The translations under genes and the position numbers were made by a program. From Botryllus schlosseri (Eukaryota): 64,000 nucleotides of DNA. Positions 48,721 to 61,323 of this stretch are shown here, one piece after another (within the stretch, counting starts at the first letter, position 1; each line of letters opens with the position of its first letter). The stretch covers positions 37,140,001 through 37,204,000 of the forward strand of contig CM119371.1 of NCBI GenBank assembly GCA_051294905.1, in the 5' to 3' direction. The notes beneath the pieces were generated by a model, which worked only from the letters and a program-made list of their open reading frames with translations, had not been told where the DNA came from and did no database searches.

Positions 48721-50786
48721 GAGATCGGCGGAACTCATTTATTACATAATTTGTATGCAATTATCATTATCATTAAACATTCTGTAATAACATGATCATC
48801 AGTCAATAAGCACAATTGAGTACCGGTAACAAAATATCGTCAACATGCAATCTTCACTATCTTTATAACGAACCTCAGATAAGCAATTCCAATCTACAAT
48901 GTCCTAACTATTACAAACCTCGCCAAATTTATATGCTTGTGTACATTAATCGAGACTTTAATCCTGGTGGCGACCAGGATCAAGAAGCAGCTATCTATAC
49001 TCAGTTGGTTGTGGCAGAATCTTACTAATCTACCTTTCTAGTCCGCAGAAAATCCAGCAACGTGCAAAATCGCCATATCTATTATTTGATCTATATTTTT
49101 GGCCTCCACCCTTAGACAACCACCAAAATCTGAGTTTTTTTTCGTGGCATCTCGTGACCCGAGCCTCACCCATGAAAAGAAATTCATTTTTATTATTACA
49201 GTAGTATGCTATGATGTGATGTACATGCATGACATACAGAATGCGCGCACACACTATTCTATCCAACACAGCCCTACAAAATATGTCCGACGGACGTGAT
49301 TTCAAATTAGGGTGAATTAAATCCCTTAGCGTGTCACAGTTGTATTACGGTTTACCTACTCAGATTGCAAGAACGGGACTATTCCGTGCTGACAACGGAG
49401 CATATGCATATCGAATGAATTGGCCATCCAGTATCGGTCATCTTTGACCAAGGTTTTGTCGACGCTTATGTTTTTGCACCGCAGACCCGACCCGACACAG
49501 AAAGGGTTGGCCTCGAAACGAATGAGTCTTATATACGTGAACTCGCTCGTTGCAGATCCCTATTAGCTACAGTAGTTCATCCCAACGGTCATCGCCATGT
49601 TTTCGAGAAAAACTAGTCGGACAAATATTCACAAATATTCTCATGAATTCTCATTATAAAGCTTATTCGCTCAAGTACCCAACACCATGACCTTAGATTT
49701 GTGAAATCTATCGCAGGATTTTTGCAATAAATTTAACAAATATCACATACTTATTAACGCATAGCTCTGGCACAGTGTCGACCCAAAATCATATCTTTTG
49801 CAGTCCATACTTTAATAATCCTTGAAGGGGTAAGATTTGCGATACAGTAACCTGCAAATTGGAGTCTGTGATGATATAATTTACTGTTATCCTCGTGCCT
49901 CGCACCAATCGAACATGTATTACATAATTATGATGATTGTTTAGCGAAAAGTAAGCAGAAAGTCAATTTAACGTCATTTTCCCGGCCTGTCGCATGTTCA
50001 GAAGGGCTGATATAGGCCTACTGTATGTCTGCCACTACACCAGCTTCCAAACCAAGCTTTTGGTTAAGTAATAATTGAAGAGCGAAAATGTTAATCCACT
50101 ACGGCTTGTGAGAGCAACGACTAGTGTTGCGTCGTAACTTAACAAGTTTTTACAATTGCGTCGCAACAACAATAGTTGCACTGCCGCTAATTTCCTATAA
50201 GGTATATTTGAATTATTCCAGGCCAGAAAAATTGACAAATAATATTCACGATTTTCCTTCGCACTCATATGGGATTTTCATTCGCACTGTTCGCACCACC
50301 TTCGTCGTTCCCACTCATCCGGATTTTTCATTCGCACCGTTCGCACCATGCTCGTCATTCGCACTGCAATTTTTTTCATTCGCACAGGTGCGAACCGTCA
50401 CACAGGTTGAAAAGCACTGCGCTATACTATTACTCGAAGTATTTCAGTTGGACACTTTCTGATTCAACATTAGTGGTTTTATAATTTTCGTCAGCCCTAA
50501 CCAACCAGGCAATCCAATGTACAATGTGAATAGTGATGTAATAAACACATATAGCTGGATTTCTAAAAGAAACAATCAAGTCAGTCCACTTCAATTTAAT
50601 AATGATTTCATCATTTTAAAAACATCACACAATTACGATAAATGTAAGGTAGAAAGGAAAGGAAGTCGAAACGACCGAGTAGTTTTCAACAAAACACCCA
50701 CCTTCGAATAGAACATATATATATATATATATAAGAGGAATGCACACAGAATTGATGGTGTACCAGACTAGAATATGTATGTATAA

Positions 50787-51405
50787 TAGGGCGGTTCAAA
50801 AATAACATTTTTTCCTTAATCTTGCGGGCTACATGATTAAATCGTCAGGTTACCTTAAAAAACGACGCACACCAAATTTGAATTCATTCCGACCAATATT
50901 CGCGGTTTACGTAGAGTTTGAAAATTTTGAATTTGCCCAGAAACGCAAAAAATTTTTTTTTACAAATTTTTCTGCTAACCCCATGAAATTGTTGGGCTGT
51001 CTTCAAAGACTATGCAAAACAAATTTTATTCAATTCCAAGCCGTAAGAGCGGAGTTATTCCAGTTTTTCGATGAAAATTCTTGGATTATCCACCAATCAA
51101 GGATAATCCCAGAATTATCAAAGAAAAACTGATATAACTCCACTTCTACTGCTTAGAATTGAGTCAAATTTGTTTTGCATAGTCTTTGAAGACAGCCCAA
51201 CAATTTCATGGGGTTAGCAGAAAAATTTGTAAAAAAAAAATTTTTGCGTTTCTGGGCAAATTCAAAATTTTCAAACTCTACGTAAACCGCGAATATTGGT
51301 TGGAATGAATTCAAATTTGGTATGCGTCGTTTTTTAAGGTAACCTGACGATTTAATCATGTAGCCCGCAAGATTAAGGAAAAAATGTTATTTTTGAACCG
51401 CCCTA
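50787..51405. mobile_element. 619-bp near-palindromic MITE (TAGGG ends, hAT-like)
   Basis: Arms of roughly 250-290 bp, almost perfectly complementary; TSD ATGTATAA at 50779-50786 and 51406-51413; empty site near 1756. Confidence 0.93.
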
Positions 51406-52952
51406 ATGTATAATGACTTGAACGTTGTCATCACATGCACAACGCTCTTCTAGGTGAAGATTGAAGAAGCCGTTTTCGCAGTGGAACTGATGCGTTAATT
51501 TATCATCCATAGATTGCTAATATCTTTAATGTTTAGGACACCAAAACCTTGGAGTACCGGTATGTTATTTATTTGGTATTGTAATATTATTGTGCTGAGA
51601 TACTTAAATGTCTAGTTTTCTGCTGTAATATGTGACAAAATCCTCTGTTGATATGGCTAAATAATCTGTCCATGTTATGATAGTAACGAACTACTAGATG
51701 TAACTAGTGCACTTTATTTGTTTCTTATTTTTTTTCTCTGGTTGTGTTCAGCATTTTGTATTTCAAACTTCAAACGTTATGAGTTTCCTCATTCGTGTTT
51801 GAGCGTAGTAAGTAACGCTGCGACGATAGCAGTAAGCTAACATGAGTCCACATTTTGGTAAAATCACATTTCATGCATAATTTGGCTGTTAGCGTAACAA
51901 CCTAAAACAGGGGTTCTTAAACCTTTTTGATCGCAGATCCCGTCAAGTTTTCTGGACGTTTGCGCTTAACCCCCAAATTTCTGAGGCCAAAGAGTGGAAG
52001 GTCATCACCTCAAACTGTATTTTGGCCATTTCACTTCTGAAATAACATAGCGAATGACCAGATGAAGAAGTTACAGTCCGACTCACGACATTATTATCAG
52101 AGGAAAATCTGGTTTTGTAGTTTCTTGATGACATAATGCCCTTTCACGCCCCCCTAAAACTCGCTCGCAGATTCCTAGGGGTTCCGTGGACCCCAGTTTG
52201 AGAGCCTTGACCTAAGATTTCAATATATGTTTTAATACGATTATTTGCCATTCTCACACTTATTTGAATTTAATCTGATCTGATAAAGAACCGAACTTGA
52301 TTTTTGTTCTATTTCTTCTTAATGCGTTATATAATGAAGAGCTAATGTTTGTAGATGTTGTACTTGTGTAATCTGAAGCCAGAAGGTTATCGCAGCATTC
52401 CTTGCGTATTTATTCCCTTCGACGCACCGCAGGGGTTCGTTGGCTGACGTACCACGAAGCCTGTCTAGTGCACACGTATTTCGAAGGTCACGCGGACAAC
52501 TCTTTTTGTTTCTGTCTCCACGACGTGTAAATTTATTGAATCAACGTACGACGACGTAATATCTCTTCGATCATAAATTGAATTGAATGTATGAATACGC
52601 TGTATCACATTCGTATATATATCATAGCCACGAGAGATTACATGCACAAAACATCGTACCACTTATTACAGCTTATCTCTACTTAACGCGGCGTATAGAT
52701 TACCATGTAGCACAAATGTTCTTATCGGGAATTTCACTTCATGGAATTAAGCATTGTTGGCAAGACTCCTCATTGATTAAATCTTAAATAGCGTTAACAT
52801 TATATCCGGTTATACGTAATATAATTCCATCACCAAGTTGTTGAGAATTCAGTGATTCTTATTGTTATCTAATTTTGAAAAATCTGTGTAGCTACCGTAC
52901 ATGATAATAATTATAATATCTTTTGTAAAAGCTGTCCAACTTCCCTTGACAG

Positions 52953-53081
52953 CTTGCAGTACGCGCCATTCATCAACAGATTCAAACTTTCATCCGGGCA
53001 GGCGGGCTGATGCATACGCTGGTGGGAAATCCTGTGAAAATAACGGAAGACCTTCCTCTTTCAGTCATAGAAGATATCAAG
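52953..53081 (+). pseudogene. ACTR10: Orphan duplicated ACTR10 exon
   Basis: 129-nt AG/GT-bounded open exon LAVRAIHQQIQTFIRAGGLMHTLVGNPVKITEDLPLSVIEDIK, paralogous to 2969-3097 and 57550-57674. Confidence 0.8.
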
Positions 53082-54679
53082 GTTTGTGCAGATCAGTGCC
53101 TCGTGAAATGTACCCACTGCGACCACACCCTACGTTCTGATTTTCCGATATTGTTTTGAACTTTCCGGGAGCTAGATCACGTTGTCGGCAGCCCCAGTTA
53201 TGCCCATATTTAGTCAAAGTAGTCACAGTTGCTACTGTAGTGAAAATAAAAGTAACGTTATAAATCTCTACTCGAGTACAAGAAAGGATTTATACCAGTG
53301 GTTGTCAACCTTTTTCACCTCGCGGACCGGTAAAATTTCAAAAAATATTGGGCGTACCTGTGGATTTTCAAAAATTGAAATCAACCAAAAATGTAAAGTA
53401 TGCAACCGATATTTTCGTAAGTATATGGTGCTAGAGAGTGACATTTAAAGGGTTTCTATTGTAACTAATTATGTTCATGAAGGCATCCATGTCATGTTAC
53501 GGTAGTGAGTCTGCTGAGTCGAGGTAGCATTACCTTGCCTAGATAACCGCGCCAACGCCGAGACTCGTGTTCATTCGTTTTGCGCCGAAGGCCATGGATT
53601 TAACTGAACACGCCAACTCGAATAATATTCTTCCCCTGGACAATATCGAGAGGAAGCGGTTTGGAGTCGAACCAACAACCTTGTCGTGCTACATTGCCCA
53701 CTACCACCAGAGGTAGGATACTCTGGCTAGTATATCAATACGACGCGCCGTACGAAAACACCTGACAACAGCTATAGGCATAACTTGCCATCCACAAAAT
53801 CAGGGCCAAAAAAAGCACTTCATGAGCCCACCCCAAAAAATCGTTGGTCTTGGGGCCCCCCACAGTTGGATGGATGTTTTCACCAGTACTTGTGAGCACA
53901 TTCTTTCTACTCAGTGTATATACAGAGAGGTTATGTAGCCTAATCGCTCCAAGCGCGAACATTTTCTCTAATTCATGTCCGAATCGGTTGATAATATTGG
54001 CAATTGCGTATAGGCCTACATTGCTATAATTTTTTTTAACATCTCGAAATTATCAGATTTTCGTGTAGAACTGGGTGAGGTGTCCTCTTGAAAAATTGAT
54101 GGCACGTAATCAATAATTCAATATTCGGGCGGACCTGTTGGAATTATTACTTCGCTGCATGTTATTATTTCTGTTATATTGTGAATAGATAATGAAATGC
54201 CCTAGCGTACTAAACTAAAAGACACACACCATGCCAAATTTGTATTTCTTCACTGACAAATAACTTTTCACTGCGGGATGGCATTTGTTCTGCTGTGTAC
54301 AGATTGTCAGGACAGCCAAATTCGGTGCCAACCATTTAGACGCCTATGGGCAATTTGACATAGGCCTATATCGAAGTTTTCGGTCAACAGAGGGCAGTCC
54401 TTTTTGGCCAAGGTTTTCTCGCTGCTAAATTTTTTGGCACACCTTTCGAAGTCGCATGTTGGTGAGTCGTGGCGCGGTAATCGTTGACACCGAAAAATGG
54501 CTCACACCAAAATACAGGCTGTCGTCGAAATCGCTATTCCTATGGCTATAAATCATGTGTAGTTCGTGGGCGAATGGCACCAAACAATCAATGCATTTAG
54601 TGAACTTGAATCGCGCAACGTGCGAAAAAATTGAAACAGTAGGATGAAGTTTGAAAATATACTCGTAATTTATGTTCAT

Positions 54680-56392
54680 TAGGGCTGTTCGAAAATAACT
54701 TTTTTTCCTGAATCTTGCTGGTTACGTGATTAAATCGTTATGTTGCCTTGAAAAAACGACGCACACCAAATTTCAATTCATTCCAACCAATAATCGCCGA
54801 TTTCGTAGAGTTTGAAAATTTTGAAGTTACCCAAAGATGCAAAAAAACTTTTTCGTCATATTTTTCTGTTAACCCCATGAAATCGTTGCGCTTTCTTCAA
54901 AGACGATGCAAAACAAATTTGACTCAATTCCAACCAGTAGAAGCGGAGCTATTTGAGTTTTTCGATGATAATTCTTGGATTATCCACCCATCTAGGATGA
55001 TCCCCGAATTATCATCCACTGGTTGGAATTGAGTCAAGTCAAGTCAAGACCGAGCACAGCTGCACACCATGACAAAGTCACTCACACTTTCAATACTGGA
55101 AGGTTAACCAGGCAAAACTGCAATCACAACAGCGGACTCACACTTTCGATACTGGAAGGTTAACCAGGCAAAACTGCAATCACAACAGCGGACTGTCCTT
55201 CCACAAGTGGTCTTGGATCACTTCCACTTCAAGAATCTTTAAAGTTCGCGCTTCAATTTTAAACTCATTATCAAGTTGGTTGTCTGATTCCATAGACTAC
55301 GTCAAGTCGCTTCGACATCTTCTAGTCTATTCATTGTATCGCATTTTTTGTGGTGTATTGAACTGATAAAATTGCTAATAAATCAATGATGATGAAGTTA
55401 TGTAGCCCTATATCGCCCAATTCCGATTTACCTGAAACCACTTTCTATTCTGCTACTACGTGAAGTAGTTTTGATCTACTTCAATATTATGGCGTCTGCT
55501 AGGGACTCTATAAAACGTATGTATTGGTGTTGGTGTGTTTGGTGTGCAGCCTCTTTTTAGCCAACCTAACAATTTTGTCACATAGCCAGTGAAATTTGAA
55601 GAAAAAGGGTAGTATTTCAGCATTCATAAACTTTGAAAGAGAAGTAGCATATGAAACAGGCTACTTGAGCAAGTGGAGCTAGTAGATAAATCCTAAATAC
55701 CACGGAAAAGCAGAAATACTTCCTAACTGATGACCTCTTTTGGGGGGAAAATAGTAGTGATGGTGTGAACGTGTGAGGTTCACGTTCGCGTTCTGTGTGT
55801 GAACCTCAGAAATTTAGATGTTCCGGTTAACAAACGAACTTTGGTAGGTTCTGCACTGTGAACCTTTTTCATATATTACAATTTTCAATTCATCATAACA
55901 TCTTTGGTTAAAATGTATTGCTTCTCAACTGCAGGCCACTCTATGCATGGCGCTGACAGCATAGAAAATCAACACTAAACGAGCATCCCCCTTGATAATC
56001 TCAGAAATTTTACTTGCTTTGTTACAAAATTTGGATTATGAAAAAATAGTACTTTCCCAGACCTTTTATAGTAGTGCTCACCGTAAATACTATTTTATTC
56101 AAATCCAAATTTTTCAACGGCAATAACTCCGCTTCTACTGGTTGGAATTGAACCAAATTTGGTGAACATCGTTCTATAGACAACCCAACATTTCCATGGG
56201 GTAAACAGAAAATTTTCAAATTTTTCGTTAGTTATTTTTATATAATAACTAGAAACTTTCTTCACCTGTAGCAATGCGGAAACTGGTTGGAATTTAACCA
56301 AATTTGGTGTGTAGGCTTGAATTAGGTAACCTAACAATTTTATCAAGTAGCCAGTTCGATCTGTGAAAAAAAGTCATTTTTGAAGAGCCCTA
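54680..56392. mobile_element. Composite region bounded by TAGGG-family MITE ends
   Basis: tagggctgttcgaaaataac ... gtcatttttgaagagcccta; flanks atgttcat/atgctcaa only partly match; interior holds an inverted copy of the 27400-27600-type sequence and a LINE 3' tip. Confidence 0.55.
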
Positions 56393-57874
56393 ATGCTCAA
56401 CCCCCTTGTAGAGAGAAGATTGAAGAAGTCGTTTAATTTTACCGGTAGTGAACGCAGTGGAGCTAGTGCATTAATTTATCAATCTCTAGATTACTCATAT
56501 CTTCAATGTTTAGAACACCAAAACTTTGGAGTACGGTAATTATTTGTAAATGTAATTTTAATGTGCTGAAATAAGCTGTAATATGTGAAGAAATCTTCTG
56601 TTTATATAGCTAAATAATCTGTCGATGTTACGGTAGTAAAGAACATACTAGTAGTAGATGTAGCTAGTGCACTTTATTTCTTTGCAATTTTTTTCTCTAG
56701 TTGTGTTCTGCATTTTGTATTTTATGATAAATTATGGGCACCAAGCCTCGATGACAGTGACAGTCGTCCATTCGTTCTGCTTTCCTGTAACAGTATTTAT
56801 TTACTATATGTTGCATTTATTTGATTTCCAAACTCAACTCTTCTGTGAAAAAATGTAGTCTATTTCGCATTTTGTATTTCAAACTTCAAACATTAGGAGT
56901 TTCCTCATTTATAATTAAGCGTAGTAAGTAATACTGCGATGATAGCTTTAAGCTAACATGAATCCACATTTTGGCAAATTCACATTTCCTGCATAATTTG
57001 GCTTTTGGCGTAACGGCCTTAGACGGTAGTTATTGAACCTTTTTGATCGCGGATCCCATCAAGGTTTCCGGACGATTGCGCATAACCCCCCAAAGACTGG
57101 AAGGTCATCACCTCAAACTCTGGGCTACTTCACTTCTAAAATAACATAACAAAGCCCGGATAAAGTAGTCACAGTCCGACTCACGACGTCAATCTTGGAG
57201 GATACTCTGGTTTTGTAGTTTCTTGATGACGTAATATCATTTTCTGTCCCACTAAAACTAGCTCGCGGATCCCTAAGGGGTCCGTTGACCCCAGTTGGAG
57301 AACCCTGACCTTTGATTTCGGTATGTTTTGATACGAATATTTGCCATCTCATACTTATTTGAATTAAATCTGATCTGATAAAGAACTGAACTTTATTTTT
57401 GCTGCATTTCTTTCTAATTCGGAATATATTTCAACCACCAAGTTGTTGAGAATTCAGTGGTTCTTATTATCTAATTTTGAAAAATCTCTGTAGCTACATG
57501 ATATTATTTCTAATATCATTTGTAAAAGCTGTCCAACTCTCCTTGACAGCTTGCGGGAGGCGCCATTCACCAACGGATTCAAACTTTCATTCGGGCCGGC
57601 TGATGCAGACGCAAGACGGTAATCCCGTGAAAATAACGGAAGACCTCCCGCTTCCGGTCATAGAAGATAAAAAGGTTGGTACAGGTCAGTGCCTTATAAA
57701 ATGGGTCCACTGCGACGACAGGGTGCGTTCTGATTTTCCGAGATCGTTTTGAACTTTCCAGTAGCTGGATCATGTTGTCGCCAGCCCAATTACGCCCATA
57801 TTTTGTCAAAGTAGTCACAGCTGCTACTCTAGGGAAAATATAAGTAACGTTGTAAATCTCTACTCAAGTACAAG

Positions 57875-59000
57875 CAGGCGCGTAGCCAGCCAAAAAATAA
57901 GGGGGTGGTTTGAAATAAAAGGGGGGGTTTCGATTTTTCCCGAATTTAGTAACATACCAATGACTCATTAGGGTTAAGTACATGTGATGCGTAAATAACG
58001 ATTATACAACATCCCCGTGTTGGTGATTATAGGCGTATGATAATCTTGCCGACGAGTTCGGAAGTGCTGTTAATTAGCGACTCCCTGATCTGTCGTGAAC
58101 AATGAAATACGCACTCGTCGAACATTTGAATACACGCGCTTATCAACGCGCTGAACAATTAAATTCGCGCGCTCATCAAAGCATCCAACAATTAAATACG
58201 CCCGCTCATCAATGCGTCTTGCGTCTTACGTACAGCCTCGGCGACGATTTGCGCAAGTATAAATGTACGAGTTTTTATGGAATACGTGCTATAATGACGC
58301 TGATTTCAGGTGGTGCAAACCTTTACCTCTTATAACCCAAGCCTACTGGACTATAACTGAAGACTAGTGGAAATGAATTACGCATGTACGCACGCGTCGA
58401 ACATGATTGCGGACATTCGATGTCATTCAGTTACGAGATGTCACTCATTAATCACAATCGCTAATCAGCATATACTTAATAGCATTTTATCTAAGCCATC
58501 GAGAAATAGGAACCAAAGCATGGTAGGTCCAAGACGCGGTAGTTAGGCTAGCGATATCTTTAGTACTAGGCATATTCCAGATGCGATTGTGTAGGCCAGC
58601 GAAGATACCAAGCCAATGCAGATGTGATTGTGAAGGCCAGTGACGATATCGTGCGCCGCAGGCCTATTGCAGATGTGATTATTCAAGCCAGCGGAGTTAG
58701 GCTTGTTGGAGACGTGGTAAATCAGGCTAGTAATGATTGCCAAACGCGCGACAATGAATGACCTGATTTCGCCAATCATCTCAGCGGGAGATCGTGTCGT
58801 GTCGCGTTACATTGTGCAGTGCACAGACGAATATTGCTAATTAGCAACACGTCTTTCGTTAATTGGCCGCGCGCAATACTGATAATATGACTTATTGAAT
58901 TGCAACCGAGTATTAGCGTCAGAGCGGTCATTTAAAAAGAGCAAGGTTTCGCGTTAAAGGAGGGGTTTCGACCTCGAAACCCCCCCTGGCTACGCGCCTG
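57875..59000. mobile_element. hAT non-autonomous element
   Basis: TIR caggcgcgtagccag / ctggctacgcgcctg; TSD AGTACAAG at 57867-57874 and 59001-59008; empty site near 53275. Confidence 0.92.
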
Positions 59001-59785
59001 AGTACAAGAAAGGATTTATACGATTGATTAGTGGTATTATATTCATATTGAAATTAACTCGAATATTTATGGCTGATATGGTAATAATAGTCAGCAAGTA
59101 CCGTAGTAGCGAATTGTTAAGAACATTGTATATCAACGCACAACTCAATAAAATTATTTGCTTTATACAGAATCAAGATTCCGATTAAGTTGAACATGTA
59201 GTTGAGAAATATAATCATTGTATATCAACAATCGTATCACAAAATATGACGTCACCAACATGAAATTTCAAATTGTGGCGAACAGAGTGCTTAAGCTCAA
59301 TGTTCTATTTTTAGATGGTAGGCTACACGAATTCCGTCTGTTGGCACAAACTGAGTTAGCGCATTTCGATCAAAGTTGACTCCAAGGCACCCAACCAAGT
59401 CTGTGCCTACGGAAGAAATTTGTGTACCATCTGAAATAGTACATTGAGTCGGGGTTGTAACCAAGTCACAAGCAATGTTCCCTCTAGGCTGTGCAGTGTG
59501 CACGTGCGCAAATGCGCAGTGCTGACACGGTCTCTGCGCACAGAAAATCTGAGCTGCGCAAGAAAAATCATTTTCAATTCAAGTCCGAGTCGATATCAGC
59601 TAATAGAGGGTTGAGTCCAAGTCATTATCTTAACTGTTCAGTGTACAGTTCAATCCGACTCAACCCCCTTCCAACTACGCTCAAGTGATATAGAATGGCT
59701 CACAATCATAATATAAACGTAAGACCTTAGTAGCTTTCACACTCTATTTAACGTCCACTTGCGAATGAATATAATTTTATTAGTT

Positions 59786-59822
59786 ACACGAGCTTTCGGA
59801 GCGCTGCTCCTTCGTCAGGTGT
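59786..59822 (-). ncRNA. Minimal type-I hammerhead ribozyme motif in a Penelope-like terminal fragment
   Basis: Minus strand ACAC-CTGACGA-A-GGAGC-AGC-GCTCC-GAAA-GC-TC-GTGT: CUGANGA and GAAA cores, 5-bp stem II, ACAC/GTGT stem I, UC cleavage site, AATAAA just downstream. Confidence 0.75.
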
Positions 59823-61239
59823 CAAAGCGACGACACTATAGTTTTGACCTGAGTCCTTTTCAATTCACAACCAAGTCACCACTATAACATTATGACTCGA
59901 TTCGAGTCACTACAAACCTCAATTGCGTTTAAGCGCTCACTTTGCTTCTATTATTTAAAATTTAATGCCGATGACCTCATTTTTTGGGATACCATACCAT
60001 TGCTGATATACATAATTCTTTCCAACGACGATTACCCCTGGCGAGTGCCAGCCAAAAATATTCGGGGTCGTTTCAATATCAATTCACTACTCAATAGTAC
60101 ATACTGGGTATCAGAACTGGACTCAGGACAAATATCAGTGTCTGTAGAAACAGCGATATTGGCCGGCTCCAGCCGACATTTCTCGTGAAATTGTATCGTT
60201 TCGTGTCAGGTCAAGTCCCGTTTTGTTACGGAGCACCGGCGAGTCAAAGAAATCCAGGCTCATAAGCTAGCCTAGCCCACTGAAACTAGAAAAAGGCGTG
60301 GAACGCCCGATTTCTGCACATCGACCCATGCCGCCACCTGACATGCCGCCACACCCGACATGGTGTAGTATCCGATGGGCGGCCAGGGACGGTTGATGAT
60401 TCCGGGGCTGGTTCGGAAGGAAGCCGTGGAGACTTTATTCGAACAGGTTTGATTTTGTTAGTTTTCAAATTTGTGCTAGGCCAGTAGTTCTCAAGTGATG
60501 CTTTGCCAAATAGGCCTACTTAGCCTCGCAAGCTTTGGCTGCTATCTACTATCGTTTAGAGACAATGCCGTTAAGTGTATAATGATTAGCGATGGCCATG
60601 TCATAATCGTTCAACAGTGACATCGCAAAACAGAATGACATCAAATACTAAAATATAACTATTCATGTACTGCAAATGCAGGGTGCGTACCGTACATGGG
60701 TACATGCTTTTTCTCAGAATTTACACGCCATTTTAAGGGTGCGTATTATACATGGGGCGTACTAATTTTGGGAAATTACGGTAGTACAAAGCTATGGGCG
60801 ATACTGACATCAGTGAAGTTATGATCAACTCACAGCGTTGCCACGAAGGGCAATGAAATAAGCATGGTTGAAAAAACGACCAAATTATGTTTAATGCGAT
60901 GTAGAACTGGCATGGTATTTTTTTGATGGCTTTAAAGGGTCATTTTCTCTAACTTTTCACTAATTAACTTGAATACTCGACACAAATCTAAGCCTAATAT
61001 GTGATTCAGAATCGAATTACTCAGACACTCGGTTTTTGTTCAGCCCATGTCATAATATATGCGTACGCAGCAATGCTGTGAGTGTAGTACAACACAACTT
61101 GAAAGCAGCCTGGGCCTTGTTGAAGACTTGTTATCTGCGAAGTCTAAGGAGACTCTGTAAATAATAAATAATTAAAATTCATTGACTTTGGACGGTACCA
61201 ATTTAACAATATTTGGCAGTATGGACCTGATCTTGTCTC

Positions 61240-61323
61240 GCTTCGCGGTGTAGTTGGTTAGGCGTTGACATTTTGAATCCAACGATATATTACTCGTTGG
61301 TTTCGCATCCCGTTAAGGTCGCG
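61240..61323 (+). mobile_element. Possible tRNA-derived SINE head (degenerate)
   Basis: A-box-like ggtgtagttggttagg and degenerate B-box-like ggtttcgcatcccg; no convincing cloverleaf. Confidence 0.35.

Larger units (their letters stand above)
44740..49111 (+). mobile_element. PIF/Harbinger transposon relic
   Basis: 16-bp TIR GGGTGGAGGCCAAAAA / TTTTTGGCCTCCACCC; 3-bp TSD TTA on both sides; HARBI1-like nuclease plus a convergent second gene. Confidence 0.9.
44106..50419. mobile_element. hAT element hosting a Harbinger insertion
   Basis: Perfect TIR cagtgcttttcaacc / ggttgaaaagcactg; TSD CGCTATAC at 44098-44105 and 50420-50427; empty site near 32836; minus-strand remnant KGFSEIVEIKNKRK near 44300. 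Confidence 0.92.

Noticed and set aside
50833..51359. Mirror-image ORFs (MIKSSGYLKKRR...) on both strands
   Set aside because: Products of the palindromic MITE arms, not genes.
52328..52817. ~490-bp insertion absent from paralogs at ~2835 and ~57420
   Set aside because: Real indel, but I found no TIR, TSD or recognisable coding motif, so it is left unclassified.
61240..61323. Functional tRNA gene
   Set aside because: A-box-like start but degenerate B box and no consistent cloverleaf; kept only as a low-confidence SINE head.
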